A stretch of 64,000 bases of DNA from Acidobacteriota bacterium (GTDB lineage Bacteria; Acidobacteriota; UBA6911; RPQK01; JAJDTT01): positions 5,632,001 to 5,696,000 of the forward strand of contig OZ242374.1 of assembly GCA_965209055.1 (NCBI GenBank). Reading direction: 5' to 3'. The position numbers were made by a program, and so were the translations under genes. Below the pieces are notes generated by a model. That model did not search any database, was not told the origin of the DNA, and saw nothing but the letters and a program-made list of their open reading frames with translations. Position 1 is the stretch's first letter; the number at the start of each line of letters is the position of its first letter. Positions 10,079 through 24,081 of the stretch are shown here, piece after piece.

Positions 10079-10255
10079 CGTACCAACCTGTATCTAGTAT
10101 AGGGATGCGTATGAAATATACACAATATTTTCGTTGGCGACAAGTACCCGACCAAGCTGCAATTGACGAGAGTCGGAAAACGACGGATCTTGCAGCATCA
10201 TCTGTCATAGCGGGTCGACGTGCCGAGTCGACGTCGTTTCATACCCCGGAGTTCG

Positions 10256-10660
10256 TCAGAACAACTTGCCGAGCGCGTCTTCGGGGCTGATCGCCGGGAT
10301 CGGCGAGCGACGGAAGTGCTTCATGTTCCTCGTCACGATGTACCGGGCCCCGCAGGCATCCGCAGCGGCGACTAGCATGGCATCCTCGAAGTCGGTCATG
10401 GGAAGCGCAGCCGCATAACGAATGGCTTCAGTTCCTGTCTCCGCGACCTCCACGAAGCGGGTCAGGTCCAGGATGAAATCGCGCGCCGTTTTCTCACCCT
10501 GCATGGGAGCCACCATGTAATAGAAGCTCGAGACCGAATGCCATGCGATAAACGCTTTCCGATAGCCACGCTCGAGCCGGTCGAGAATCTCCGAGGCCAT
10601 GTCCGAGTGGGGACGCCTGTCGAGTGCGACGTCAATGAGGACATCGGAATCGAGTAGCAT
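10256..10660 (-). CDS. PIN-domain toxin
   Basis: Likely start at 10660 (TGATG overlap): MLLDSDVLID...DFEDAML...IVTRN. Confidence 0.85.
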   Translation of the reverse strand: MLLDSDVLIDVALDRRPHSDMASEILDRLERGYRKAFIAWHSVSSFYYMVAPMQGEKTARDFILDLTRFVEVAETGTEAIRYAAALPMTDFEDAMLVAAADACGARYIVTRNMKHFRRSPIPAISPEDALGKLF

Positions 10661-10881
10661 CAGAGATACTTCCTGGCCAGCCTGGTGTAGCGCGGGTCGT
10701 CGCGTTTGGCTGCCTGAAACCGGCCGCGCCAGCGCGAGGAGAAGGAGGGTGTTCCATCCCCTGCCAAATCTCGAAGCGATTGTTCGATGATCGACGATAG
10801 CGAAACCCGGCGAGACCGCGCATAACGCTTGGCCCTGGGGATCAACTCGGCATCCACTGTGATCGTCAATTTTTTCTTCAT
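10660..10881 (-). CDS. RHH antitoxin (DUF6364-like)
   Basis: MKKKLTITVDAELIPRAKRYARSRRVSLSSIIEQSL...DDPRYTRLARKYL; coupled to the PIN gene. Confidence 0.8.
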   Translation of the reverse strand: MKKKLTITVDAELIPRAKRYARSRRVSLSSIIEQSLRDLAGDGTPSFSSRWRGRFQAAKRDDPRYTRLARKYL

Positions 10882-10936
10882 CTGAGGTTACACCCGTTAC
10901 TCCATACAACGAAGACTACGGAGAAAACACGATCCT

Positions 10937-11095
10937 GTGCCCTCTTTCGAGGGAGCCACCGTCGGCTCCTCGTCCGGCATCCATCTGACCAAGGCGGCAC
11001 CGTCACTGCTCACAGTGAAGAAGGACGATATTCTCTATCTCACTGCCCCCCGGAAGGGGCTTGGCGTAACGACTTCAAACGGGAGTTTCGACTGA
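10937..11095 (+). pseudogene. Degenerate copy of the downstream AbrB/MazE antitoxin
   Basis: Reads VPSFEGATVGSSSGIHLTKAAPSLLTVKKDDILYLTAP..., colinear with MLSFKVTTVGSSSGIILTKAAMAQLRVKKGDTLFLTEAP at 11194; similarity lost after ~36 codons. Confidence 0.7.
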
Positions 11096-11138
11096 AACAA
11101 AACGGGCGGGTCGATGGCCGGATCAGCAAACTTTCGTC

Positions 11139-11182
11139 TTGGCAACTGAACTGTCGAGTTATATAATTTTTATTATAATAAC
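11139..11182 (+). promoter_or_regulatory. Sigma70-type promoter with overlapping palindromic operator for the AbrB-Doc operon
   Basis: TTGGCA(11139)-N17-TATAAT(11162); imperfect inverted repeat GTTATATAAT-tttt-ATTATAATAAC; RBS AGGAG follows. Confidence 0.65.
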
Positions 11183-11193
11183 AGGAGATTCCA

Positions 11194-11421
11194 ATGCTCT
11201 CTTTCAAAGTGACCACCGTCGGATCTTCGTCCGGGATCATTCTGACCAAGGCGGCAATGGCTCAGCTCAGGGTGAAAAAGGGGGACACGCTGTTTCTCAC
11301 CGAAGCACCGGACGGAGCCTGTCGAATCACGCCTTACAACCCCGATTTCGCGCGCCAGATGAAACTGGCTGAAGAGATCATGCATGACGACCGTGAGGTG
11401 CTGCGGGCGCTGGCGAAGTGA
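11194..11421 (+). CDS. AbrB/MazE-type antitoxin
   Basis: VTTVGSSSGIILTK...LRVKKGDTL...ITPYNPDF...REVLRALAK. Confidence 0.85.
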   Translation: MLSFKVTTVGSSSGIILTKAAMAQLRVKKGDTLFLTEAPDGACRITPYNPDFARQMKLAEEIMHDDREVLRALAK

Positions 11422-11825
11422 GCGCCGGTCAGAGTGCTGCCTCCGACAACTGGCGTTGGGTTGACTCAAATGTCGTCTTCGCAATCCATGACCGGCAGCT
11501 CGCCGAACATGGCGGTTTGGACGGTATCCGTGATCGGGGAGCCATTGAATCTGCTCTGTCCCGCCCCGTAAACCTCGCTCAATACGGCAATCCCGATGCG
11601 GCCCGGCTTGCAGCCGCTTACGCGTTCGGAATCGCCAGGAACCATGGTTTCTTGGACGGTAACAAGCGCACTGCTTGGGTGACCGCTCGCTTGTTCCTGG
11701 CTGATAACGGACTCCGTCTCAAAGTCGATCCCGTGGATGCGATTCAGACCATGGAGAATGTCGCCGGTGGAGTCGTCGATGAGAAGATTCTGGCTGACTG
11801 GTTCCGGTCCCACATCAAGGCTTGA
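11418..11825 (+). CDS. doc: Death-on-curing (Doc/Fido) toxin
   Basis: HGFLDGNKRTA (HxFxDGNKR Doc motif); HGGLDGIRD; GTGA overlap with the antitoxin. Confidence 0.9.
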   Translation: MSAGQSAASDNWRWVDSNVVFAIHDRQLAEHGGLDGIRDRGAIESALSRPVNLAQYGNPDAARLAAAYAFGIARNHGFLDGNKRTAWVTARLFLADNGLRLKVDPVDAIQTMENVAGGVVDEKILADWFRSHIKA

Positions 11826-11993
11826 TTCGGGTGCGGCGAACCAAGTCGTTCGACGCAGGCCCAAACCCAGGAAGCGTCCGACCGACGCGAAATCGACTGA
11901 AAACCCCACCTGGGTCGGCACTCGTAGACAGATGGCGGGATCGCCGGAATCCGGCCAAGACTTCCACCCTCATTTCGTTTAGACTACGCGCCA

Positions 11994-12929
11994 ATGTGCG
12001 GGATCGTCGGGTACCTGAACCGTAGCGGCAGCGGGGCTGGCGCTCCCATCGGGTCGATCCTCCTGGGGATGCTCAAGAGTCTGGACTGCCGGGGCCCCGA
12101 CTCGGCCGGTGTCGCCATCTTCGGTCCGACCCGGACGCCGAACCTCAAGCTTCGGATCAAGTTGAACGGTGATGCGAACCTGGCCGATTCGGCGGATCAC
12201 GTCCGCGATATCGTCTCGGAGCGGGTTCCGGTTCTCGAATCCGCCACCGTCCAGGAATACCTCCAACTGTTGGTCGGACCGGTGCAGGACGCCGAGTCCC
12301 TGTTGCCTCCGCTGGAGAAGGACCTGGACGACTTCGAGTTGGTCAGTGGGGGCCGCCAACTCGAGATCGTCAAGCAGGTCGGGTCGCCCACCCATCTGGA
12401 CACCGGCTACGGAATCTCCACGCTGACCGGAACCCACGGCATCGGCCACACACGCCTTTCCACCGAGAGCCGCGTCGACCTGAGCCACTCCCAGCCCTTC
12501 GGGGTCCACGGAGTCGCCGACCTGGCCACGGTCCACAATGGCCATATCACCAACTACCACAAGCTGCGGGGACGCTATGAACAGATGGGCGTCCGCTTCT
12601 TCACCGAGAACGACTCGGAGGTCATCGGCGTCTACCTGGCCCACCAGATGTCGCTGGGCCGGACCTTCCGGGAGGCGCTGGAGTCCTCGCTGGACGACTT
12701 CGACGGTTCCTTCTCCTACCTGGCCGCCTCCGGCAACGAGTTGGCCTACGCCAAGGACCGGTTCGGATTCAAGCCCCTGCTGGTGGCCGAGTCGGAGGAC
12801 TGGGTCGCCATCGCCACCGAGGAGATCGCCCTGCGTTCCACGCTGGCCGGGGACTTCGATGCCCTGGAACCGGGGGTGAGGCGGGTCCGCATCTGGTCTC
12901 TGCCTCAGCCCGCCGCGGAGACGGTGTGA
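11994..12929 (+). CDS. mgsA: Class II glutamine amidotransferase, N-methylglutamate synthase subunit A (GlxB-like)
   Basis: N-terminal MCGIVG nucleophile; RGPDSAG, GHTRLSTES, VHNG, ENDSEV; first gene of a glxBCD-like triad. Confidence 0.8.
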   Translation: MCGIVGYLNRSGSGAGAPIGSILLGMLKSLDCRGPDSAGVAIFGPTRTPNLKLRIKLNGDANLADSADHVRDIVSERVPVLESATVQEYLQLLVGPVQDAESLLPPLEKDLDDFELVSGGRQLEIVKQVGSPTHLDTGYGISTLTGTHGIGHTRLSTESRVDLSHSQPFGVHGVADLATVHNGHITNYHKLRGRYEQMGVRFFTENDSEVIGVYLAHQMSLGRTFREALESSLDDFDGSFSYLAASGNELAYAKDRFGFKPLLVAESEDWVAIATEEIALRSTLAGDFDALEPGVRRVRIWSLPQPAAETV

Positions 12930-13621
12930 TGGGGTCCGAGGTGCAAGCCGGCAACCGGAGCTCCCGGGAGATCAACCAACAGATCAAGGACCTGATCCGC
13001 TCGGGAGAAAACCGGATCCGGGTCCGCCGGACACGGGCCCAGCACAACCTGGCCGTGGGGATTCTTTCCCCCGTCTCCATCTCCTTCGAAGGCAGCGTGG
13101 GCTACTACTGCGGCGGCCTCATGGACGGACCCGAAGTGGAGATCCTGGGCAGCGCGGGATGGGGTCTCGGAGAGTCCATGGCTTCGGGCACCATCCGGGT
13201 TGCGGGAAACGCCGGCAACGGGTGCGGCGCCTCCATACGCGGGGGGACTCTCGTGGTCCGCGGAAGCACGGCGGCCCGGGCGGGAATCAGCATGAAGGGG
13301 GGGCTCCTCATCATCGGCGGCAGTTGCGGCTACATGACCGGATTCATGAGTCAGAAGGGAACGGTCATCGTCTGCGGAAACGCCGGTCCCGGCCTGGGCG
13401 ATTCCATGTACGAGGGTCGGATCTTCGTCGGGGGCGATATCCAGGAGTTGGGCAACGATGCCGTGGTCGAAGAGCCGGACCCGGAGGACTGGGACTTTTT
13501 GAACCGTAATCTGGAGCCCCGGGGCTTCCCGGTCCCCTCCACCTTCAAGAAAGTCGTCGCCGGCCGGCGCCTCTGGAACTTCAACCGCAAGGAGCGGGAT
13601 CTCTGGAAGGAGGTCTTGTGA
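12926..13621 (+). CDS. mgsB: GXGXG-motif protein, N-methylglutamate synthase subunit B (GlxC-like)
   Basis: Repeated GSVGYYCGG / GSAGWGLG / GNAGNG / GISMKGG beta-helix motifs; ends RRLWNF. Confidence 0.8.
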   Translation: MMGSEVQAGNRSSREINQQIKDLIRSGENRIRVRRTRAQHNLAVGILSPVSISFEGSVGYYCGGLMDGPEVEILGSAGWGLGESMASGTIRVAGNAGNGCGASIRGGTLVVRGSTAARAGISMKGGLLIIGGSCGYMTGFMSQKGTVIVCGNAGPGLGDSMYEGRIFVGGDIQELGNDAVVEEPDPEDWDFLNRNLEPRGFPVPSTFKKVVAGRRLWNFNRKERDLWKEVL

Positions 13622-14958
13622 CGGAACCGAGAGCGACCCGGCAGAGCGGAATCTACAGCCCCGACGTGATCGAGGACATCCAGACCAAGGCGGAGCTGGG
13701 CCGTTACCGCATCCGCGGCTTCGGGACCTTGAGAACCCGTCCCCTGCCCTCCCTGGACGACCTGGTGTTCATCCCCTGCACGCTGACCCGGATCCCGCTG
13801 GAGGGATACCGGGAGAAGTGCAGCACGCGCACCGTCCTGGGCACGCGCCACGCCAAGAAACCCATCGTCCTGGACACCCCCGTCATGGTGACGGGGATGA
13901 GCTACGGCGCCCTCTCCTACAACGCCAAGGTGGCCCTGGCCCAGGGAGCCTCCCGGGTTGGCTCCTCCACCACCACCGGCGATGGAGGCATGCTTCCGGC
14001 GGAACGGGAGCACTCCGATGTCCTGATCTACGAGGTCCTCCCCAGCCGCTACGGCATCGACGTCCACCACATGAAGATGGCCGACGGCATCGAGCTGACC
14101 ATCGGCCAGGGCGCCAAGCCGGGCACCGGCGGAATGCTGCTGGGCTCCAAGGTCTCCAGCGAGATCGCGGGCATGCGGGACCTTCCCGACGGAGTGGATC
14201 AACGCAGTCCCTGCCGGCATCCCGATTTTCTGGGTCCCGACGACATGATCATCAAGATCGAGGAGCTGCGGGAGGCCACCGACTGGCAGGTGCCCATCTT
14301 CGTCAAGATGGGGGCCACCCGGGTCTACGACGATGTCAAGCTGGCGGCCAAGGCGGGGGCGGACGTGGTGGTGGTCGACGGCATGGAGGGAGGCACCGGC
14401 GCTTCGCCCGACATGCTCATGGACCACACCGGCATCCCCACGCTGGCCGCCGTCTGCGAGGCCCGCGCCGCCCTGGAGGACCTGGGCCTCTTCGGCGAGG
14501 TGCAATTGATCATGGCGGGGGGCATCCGCAGCGGCACCGACGTGGCCAAGGCCCTGGCTCTGGGCGCCGACGCCATCTACATGGGGACGGCCTTCCTCAT
14601 CGCCCTCAACTGCAACAAGCCCTTATACGTGGAGGACTACCACAAGCTGGGGACCGAGCCCTACGCGTGCCACCATTGCCACACCGGACTCTGCCCCGTG
14701 GGGATCACCACTCAGGACCCGGACCTCATGGCCCGCTTGCCCATCGACGAAGCCACCGATCGCGTGGCCAACTTCTTCCAGGCCATGAGCTCGGAGATCC
14801 AGATGCTGGCCCGGGCCTGCGGCAAGTCCGACATCCACGATCTGGACCCGGAGGACCTTCGGGCCCTGACCCTCGAGTCGTCCATGATCGCGGAAGTGCC
14901 CCTGGTGGGAACCCGCCGGGTCTTCGGCGGGGGAGCCGGGTGGAAGGAATCCCATTGA
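13618..14958 (+). CDS. mgsC: FMN-binding glutamate synthase family, N-methylglutamate synthase subunit C (GlxD-like)
   Basis: GMSYGALS, GQGAKPGTGG, DQRSPCRHPD, GGIRSGTDVAKALALGAD, CHHCHTGLCPVGITTQDP. Confidence 0.85.
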   Translation: MTEPRATRQSGIYSPDVIEDIQTKAELGRYRIRGFGTLRTRPLPSLDDLVFIPCTLTRIPLEGYREKCSTRTVLGTRHAKKPIVLDTPVMVTGMSYGALSYNAKVALAQGASRVGSSTTTGDGGMLPAEREHSDVLIYEVLPSRYGIDVHHMKMADGIELTIGQGAKPGTGGMLLGSKVSSEIAGMRDLPDGVDQRSPCRHPDFLGPDDMIIKIEELREATDWQVPIFVKMGATRVYDDVKLAAKAGADVVVVDGMEGGTGASPDMLMDHTGIPTLAAVCEARAALEDLGLFGEVQLIMAGGIRSGTDVAKALALGADAIYMGTAFLIALNCNKPLYVEDYHKLGTEPYACHHCHTGLCPVGITTQDPDLMARLPIDEATDRVANFFQAMSSEIQMLARACGKSDIHDLDPEDLRALTLESSMIAEVPLVGTRRVFGGGAGWKESH

Positions 14959-15021
14959 GCAGCCCCTGCCGCGCACGATTCGGCCGGACAGTCTCTGGGG
15001 CAAATGCCCTTATGAGAAAAA

Positions 15022-15243
15022 GGAGGGGCGACTTCCAATCGCCCAGTCATCATCGCCCAGTTCGTCTCACCGGAGTTCGGCGGTTAGGAAACCGCCGCTC
15101 CTATGGGAGGGGCGATTTCCGATCGCACGGTCTTCGGCGCCCAGTTCGTCTCACCGGAGTTCGGCGGTTGGGAAACCGCCGCTCCGCTCCGCTCCCATTC
15201 TTTTTCTACCGGGATTTCGCCAGCTACCGGCCGGTGGGGGAGC
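15022..15243. repeat. Two tandem REPIN-like units (~84-bp period) plus a conserved tail
   Basis: GGAGGGGCGACTTCCAATCGCCC...GGCGGTTAGGAAACCGCCGCTCC at 15022, repeated with changes at 15106; tail CATTCTTTTTCTACCGGG...CCGGTGGGGGAG shared with 54117-54260. Confidence 0.75.
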
Positions 15244-15265
15244 ATTTCTCTAACGGGAGTCGCCT

Positions 15266-15549
15266 TTGTCCTTTTTGATGAACTGTCCCAATTGCGGACC
15301 CCGGTCGGCCTACGAGTTTCACTGTGCGGGGGAATACCAGAAGCGGCCGGCGCAAGGGGCGCCGGAGCGGGACTGGGCCCGCTACCGCTATTTCAGGAAG
15401 AACCACCCGGGAGAGGAACTGGAGTGGTGGCTCCACTCCATGGGATGCCGCTGCTGGTTCCTGGCCAGGCGCGTCGTCGCCTCCAACCAAGTGGTCTCCA
15501 GCTTCTGGCCCCATGAGTTGGGAGAGCCCGGGACCGGACCCGGCGGAAG

Positions 15550-15553
<4 letters not shown>
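15266..15553 (+). CDS. soxD: Sarcosine oxidase delta-like subunit (NMG dehydrogenase MgdB-like)
   Basis: MSFLMNCPNCGPR..EF...EWWLHSMGCRCWF zinc-binding signature. Confidence 0.85.
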
Positions 15554-20349
<4,796 letters not shown>

Positions 20350-20353
<4 letters not shown>

Positions 20354-21039
20354 CCATGCCCGACGCTTGGAATCCGCTCCGCCGATCCCCCTTGCATGCC
20401 CGGTTGCGGGAGGCGGGGGCCGTCTTCGGAACCGGGTCCGGCTGGGCTCGGGCCCGGCATTTCGGGGATCCGGAAGCGGAGTTTCAGGCCGGCAGCACGA
20501 GTGTCGCCCTCTCGGACCTGAGCGGGACCGGGAAATGGCAGGCCAAGGGCCGTGACCTGGAACGCGATCTCGAGCCCGGCGTTTCCGGGAAGGTCCCGGC
20601 TCCGGGCCGTGTGGCCGGCACCCGGACCGGCTGCCTCTGCCGCATCACGCCCGGAGAGGCCTTGTTCCTCTACCAGGACGGGCCGCCGGAACATCGACCG
20701 GTGTCCGGGGAAGACGGAGACGGCTGTCTCCACCTGCTGGAACGAACCGACGGGCTCGCCCTGATGGCGCTTTGGGGACCCGAGTCCCGGCGCGTCCTGG
20801 CCAAGCTAACCACCCTCGACCTGAGAGAAGAGGCCCGCCCCCACGGGACCTGCGCCGCGGCGCCCATGGCGGGCGTCCGGGTTCTTTTGATCCGCTGGGA
20901 CCGGGGCGGGTTGCCCACTTACCCGATCCTGGTGAGCGCCGAGTACGGCGCCTATCTCTGGGACATGGTCCTGGAAGCGGGGAGGGAGCATGGCCTCCGT
21001 CCCTGTGGTCTGGACGCGTGGAAGCGACTGGAGGAGTAG
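20350..21039 (+). CDS. soxG: Sarcosine oxidase gamma / GcvT N-terminal-like subunit (MgdD-like)
   Basis: RRSPLH, ALSDLS, LWGPESRRVLAKLTTLDL, AEYGAYLWDMVLEAG; overlaps the soxA stop. Confidence 0.75.
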
Positions 21040-21042
21040 CGA

Positions 21043-22254
21043 GTGTCACGCCTGTTCCGCTTCGATCCCATGTGGCAGGAGCATCCGCTCCGCGACCGCT
21101 ACGGCGTGGTGGTGATCGGCGCCGGCGTCCACGGACTGGCCACCGCCTACTACCTGGCCCGCCGCGGGATCACCGACGTGGCGGTCCTGGAGAAAGGCTA
21201 CCTGGGATCGGGAAACAGCGGGCGCAACACCGCCATCCTCCGGGCCAACTACCGGACCCCGGAAGCCATTCCCTTCTACTCCAAGAGCCTGGCCCTCTAC
21301 GAGGAACTCTCCGACGACCTGGACTACAACCTGATGTTTTCGCAGCAGGGCCACCTGACCCTGGCCCACACCGAGGCCGCGGTCAACGGCCTCCGGGTGC
21401 GGGCTGAAGCCAACCGCGTCATGGGGGTCAGGAGCCGGATCATCGGCCCGGCCGAAATCAGGCGCATGGTCCCGGCCCTCGACACCTCTTCCGCCCCCCG
21501 GTATCCGATCATGGCCGCCCTGTATCACGCTCCGGGCGGAATCATCCGCCACGACGCCGTGGTCTGGGGCTACGCCCACCAGGCCAGCCAACTCGGCGTC
21601 GAAGTCCATGCCCATACCGAGGTCCTGGACCTGGGCCTCCAGGCGGGCAGGATAGCCACCGTCCACACGAACCGGGGGACGATCCGGACCGGCGCCGTGG
21701 TCAACGCCACTTCCGGCTGGTGCTCCCTGATCGCGGCCATGGCGGACGTGGAGCTCCCCATCGTCAGCCACCCGCTACAGGCCTGCGTCACGGAGCCCAT
21801 GGAGCCCCTGCTGGACAAGGTCATCGTTTCGGCCAATCTCCACGTCTACGTGAACCAGACCCCCCGGGGGGAGTTCGTGATCGGGGCGGAGATCGACCCC
21901 TATCCCTCCTACCACCTGGGTTCCACCCTGCCCACGCTCAAGTCGATGGCGTTCCACGCTTTGGAGCTGTTTCCGGATCTGCACCAGGTCAAGGTTCTGC
22001 GCCAGTGGGGAGGGATCTGCGACATGACGCCCGACTACAGTCCCATCATCGACGAACACCCGGAAGTCGGCGGATTCTTCATGGACGTGGGGTGGGGCAC
22101 CTACGGGTTCAAGGCGGGTCCGGCCGGCGGCAAGTGCCTGGCGGAGCTGATCGCCACCGGAAGGACGCCCGAGTTGATCAAGCCCTTCCGCATGACCCGC
22201 TTTCACGAAAACCGGCTGGTCGGAGAGAAGGCTTCGGCCGCCGTCTCGCACTAG
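21043..22254 (+). CDS. soxB: Sarcosine oxidase beta-like FAD subunit (MgdA-like)
   Basis: VIGAGVHGLATAYYLA, GNSGRNTAILRANY, RHDAVVWGYA, LQACVTEP, DMTPDYSPII, GWGTYGFKAGPA. Confidence 0.9.
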   Translation: MSRLFRFDPMWQEHPLRDRYGVVVIGAGVHGLATAYYLARRGITDVAVLEKGYLGSGNSGRNTAILRANYRTPEAIPFYSKSLALYEELSDDLDYNLMFSQQGHLTLAHTEAAVNGLRVRAEANRVMGVRSRIIGPAEIRRMVPALDTSSAPRYPIMAALYHAPGGIIRHDAVVWGYAHQASQLGVEVHAHTEVLDLGLQAGRIATVHTNRGTIRTGAVVNATSGWCSLIAAMADVELPIVSHPLQACVTEPMEPLLDKVIVSANLHVYVNQTPRGEFVIGAEIDPYPSYHLGSTLPTLKSMAFHALELFPDLHQVKVLRQWGGICDMTPDYSPIIDEHPEVGGFFMDVGWGTYGFKAGPAGGKCLAELIATGRTPELIKPFRMTRFHENRLVGEKASAAVSH

Positions 22255-22398
22255 AGAATGGACGGAGGCGGGGGCTTGCAACCGGAGCCCCCGGAAGCGT
22301 ACTCTCCGCACTACGCCGGGGGCGTCGACGCAGTCGCAGAGAACCGGAAACCCCGGCACGATTGGGGTCCGAAACACAACTGAATCAGGGGAGAAATC

Positions 22399-23736
22399 AT
22401 GAGCGGACTGGAAGAGACTCGAAGACTGGTGGACGCGGGCGAACTCGAATTCTTTCTCTGTTCGTTCGTGGAGATGGGGGGCATGCCCAAAGCCAAGCTG
22501 GTGCCGGCCAAGCGCATCGACGACATGGCCGCCGGCAGCGCAGGATTCGCCGGATTCGCGGCCGGGAACATGGGGCAGGGTCCGCACGACACCGACATGA
22601 TCGCCATCCCCGACTTCTCCAGCGTGACCCGGATTCTCTGGCGTCCCAACCTGGCCTGGGTGGCTTCCAACATCCAGGTGGACGAGAAACCGTGGCCCTA
22701 CTGCCCCAGGACGATTCTTCAGAACAACCTGGAGCAGGCGCGCCAAAAGGGATATGTCCTCAAGGTGGGAGTCGAGCCCGAATTCATGCTACTGCAGAGA
22801 AGTGAGGACGGCGGCTACGCCCCCTTCGATCCTTTGGACCGCCTGGACAAGCCCTGTTACGACCTGACGGCGCTCAACCGGAGCCTGGACCTGATGACGA
22901 CCCTGGTCCGGTACCTGGACCAGATGGGCTGGGGCCCCTACGCCAACGACCACGAGGACGCCAACTGCCAGTTCGAGATCAACTGGACCTATTCCGACGC
23001 CCTCCGGACCGCCGACCGCCACACCTTCTACCGCTGGATGGTCAAGGCCCTGGCCGAGGAGCGGGGATTGACGGCGACCTTCATGCCCAAGCCCTTCTCC
23101 CATCTGACCGGCAACGGCGCCCACTTTCACATCAGCCTCTGGGACGCCGAGACCGACGAGAACCTGTTTCTGGATGAATCGGACGAAAACGGGCTCTCCC
23201 AACTCGCCTACCACTTCATCGGAGGACTCAAGAAGCACGCCCGTGCCGTGACGGCGGTGACCGCACCCATTGTCAATTCCTACAAGCGGCTGATCCGGGG
23301 CGCTCCCCGGTCGGGAGCGACCTGGGCTCCCGTGTTCGTCACCTACGGGGCCAGCAACCGCACGCAGATGATCCGGATCCCGGATGCGGGGCGCATCGAG
23401 AACCGGACCGTGGACGGCGCCACCAACCCCTACCTGGCCGCCTCCGTCATGCTGGCCGCGGGTCTGGACGGGATCGAGAACGAGCTGCCGGCCGGCACCC
23501 GAAACGACCGCAACCTGTATGAGGTCCCCCGGGAGCAGTTGAGGGCCGAGGGGATCGACCTCTTGCCCGAAAACCTGTCGGACGCCATCGACGCCCTGGA
23601 GCAGGACCCGGTGGTCCTTGGAGCCCTGGGGTCCCCCTACGGCGAATACTACGTCCAGATGAAGCGGGAGGAATGGAAGGCCTACCACGACTCGGTCTCG
23701 CAGTGGGAGGTCGACCGCTACCTGGGGCAGTTCTGA
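22399..23736 (+). CDS. gmaS: Gamma-glutamylmethylamide synthetase (GlnT-type glutamine synthetase family)
   Basis: KAKLVPA, GFAGFA, KPCYD, NDHEDANCQFEIN, TFMPKPF, NSYKRL, SGATWAP; ends the mgs/sox cluster. Confidence 0.85.
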   Translation: MSGLEETRRLVDAGELEFFLCSFVEMGGMPKAKLVPAKRIDDMAAGSAGFAGFAAGNMGQGPHDTDMIAIPDFSSVTRILWRPNLAWVASNIQVDEKPWPYCPRTILQNNLEQARQKGYVLKVGVEPEFMLLQRSEDGGYAPFDPLDRLDKPCYDLTALNRSLDLMTTLVRYLDQMGWGPYANDHEDANCQFEINWTYSDALRTADRHTFYRWMVKALAEERGLTATFMPKPFSHLTGNGAHFHISLWDAETDENLFLDESDENGLSQLAYHFIGGLKKHARAVTAVTAPIVNSYKRLIRGAPRSGATWAPVFVTYGASNRTQMIRIPDAGRIENRTVDGATNPYLAASVMLAAGLDGIENELPAGTRNDRNLYEVPREQLRAEGIDLLPENLSDAIDALEQDPVVLGALGSPYGEYYVQMKREEWKAYHDSVSQWEVDRYLGQF

Positions 23737-23772
23737 GCTACGCCCGGTCCGTTCCGTAAATGAGTACTGCGA

Positions 23773-23976
23773 TCAGGTGGTAAACACCCTCCACAAAAGT
23801 GAGAGGGTAAAGGCCAGGTTGAATCCGACCATCCATTTCACCAGTCTGAGGTCGGCTCCGATGCCGGTTAAGCGATTCTCGAAGCCGGCGATCTCCTCCG
23901 CCGCCTCCCGGGCCTTGTTTTCTGGCGCACCGGCAGATCTGAGAGCATCGTAGGTCTTCGAAAGCATCACCGCCAT
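23773..23976 (-). CDS. Small coiled-coil membrane-anchored hypothetical protein (CCDC90/DUF1640-like)
   Basis: MLSKTYDALRSAGAPENKAREAAEEIAGFENRL...LVKWMVGFNLAFTL with a C-terminal TM helix. Confidence 0.65.
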   Translation of the reverse strand: MAVMLSKTYDALRSAGAPENKAREAAEEIAGFENRLTGIGADLRLVKWMVGFNLAFTLSLLWRVFTT

Positions 23977-24081
23977 GAAAGCAACCTACGAAGACGGGCC
24001 GACGTGGTCAAGTCAGGTTCGTCCTCCGAAAAGGCGAGTCGGAACTCGGTTGTGCCACCCATCAAGGAGCCGGCAAACCTC

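Noticed and set aside
10111-10180. MKYTQYFRWRQVPDQAAI, a possible relic of a small toxin gene
   Set aside because: Resemblance is short and from memory, and the stretch overlaps the probable promoter/operator of the divergent antitoxin; needs tblastn.
11822-11860. MIRVRRTKSFDA, a RelE/HigB-like N-terminus overlapping the doc stop
   Set aside because: Only about 12 residues are similar, too few to support a call.
15022-15185. Possible mini-CRISPR array
   Set aside because: Spacers are similar to each other, repeats are inverted doublets, and no cas genes are present; REPIN-like instead.
22255-22398. Structured intergenic region before gmaS as a possible riboswitch
   Set aside because: Only generic GC-rich hairpins, with no recognisable aptamer consensus; an Rfam scan would be needed.
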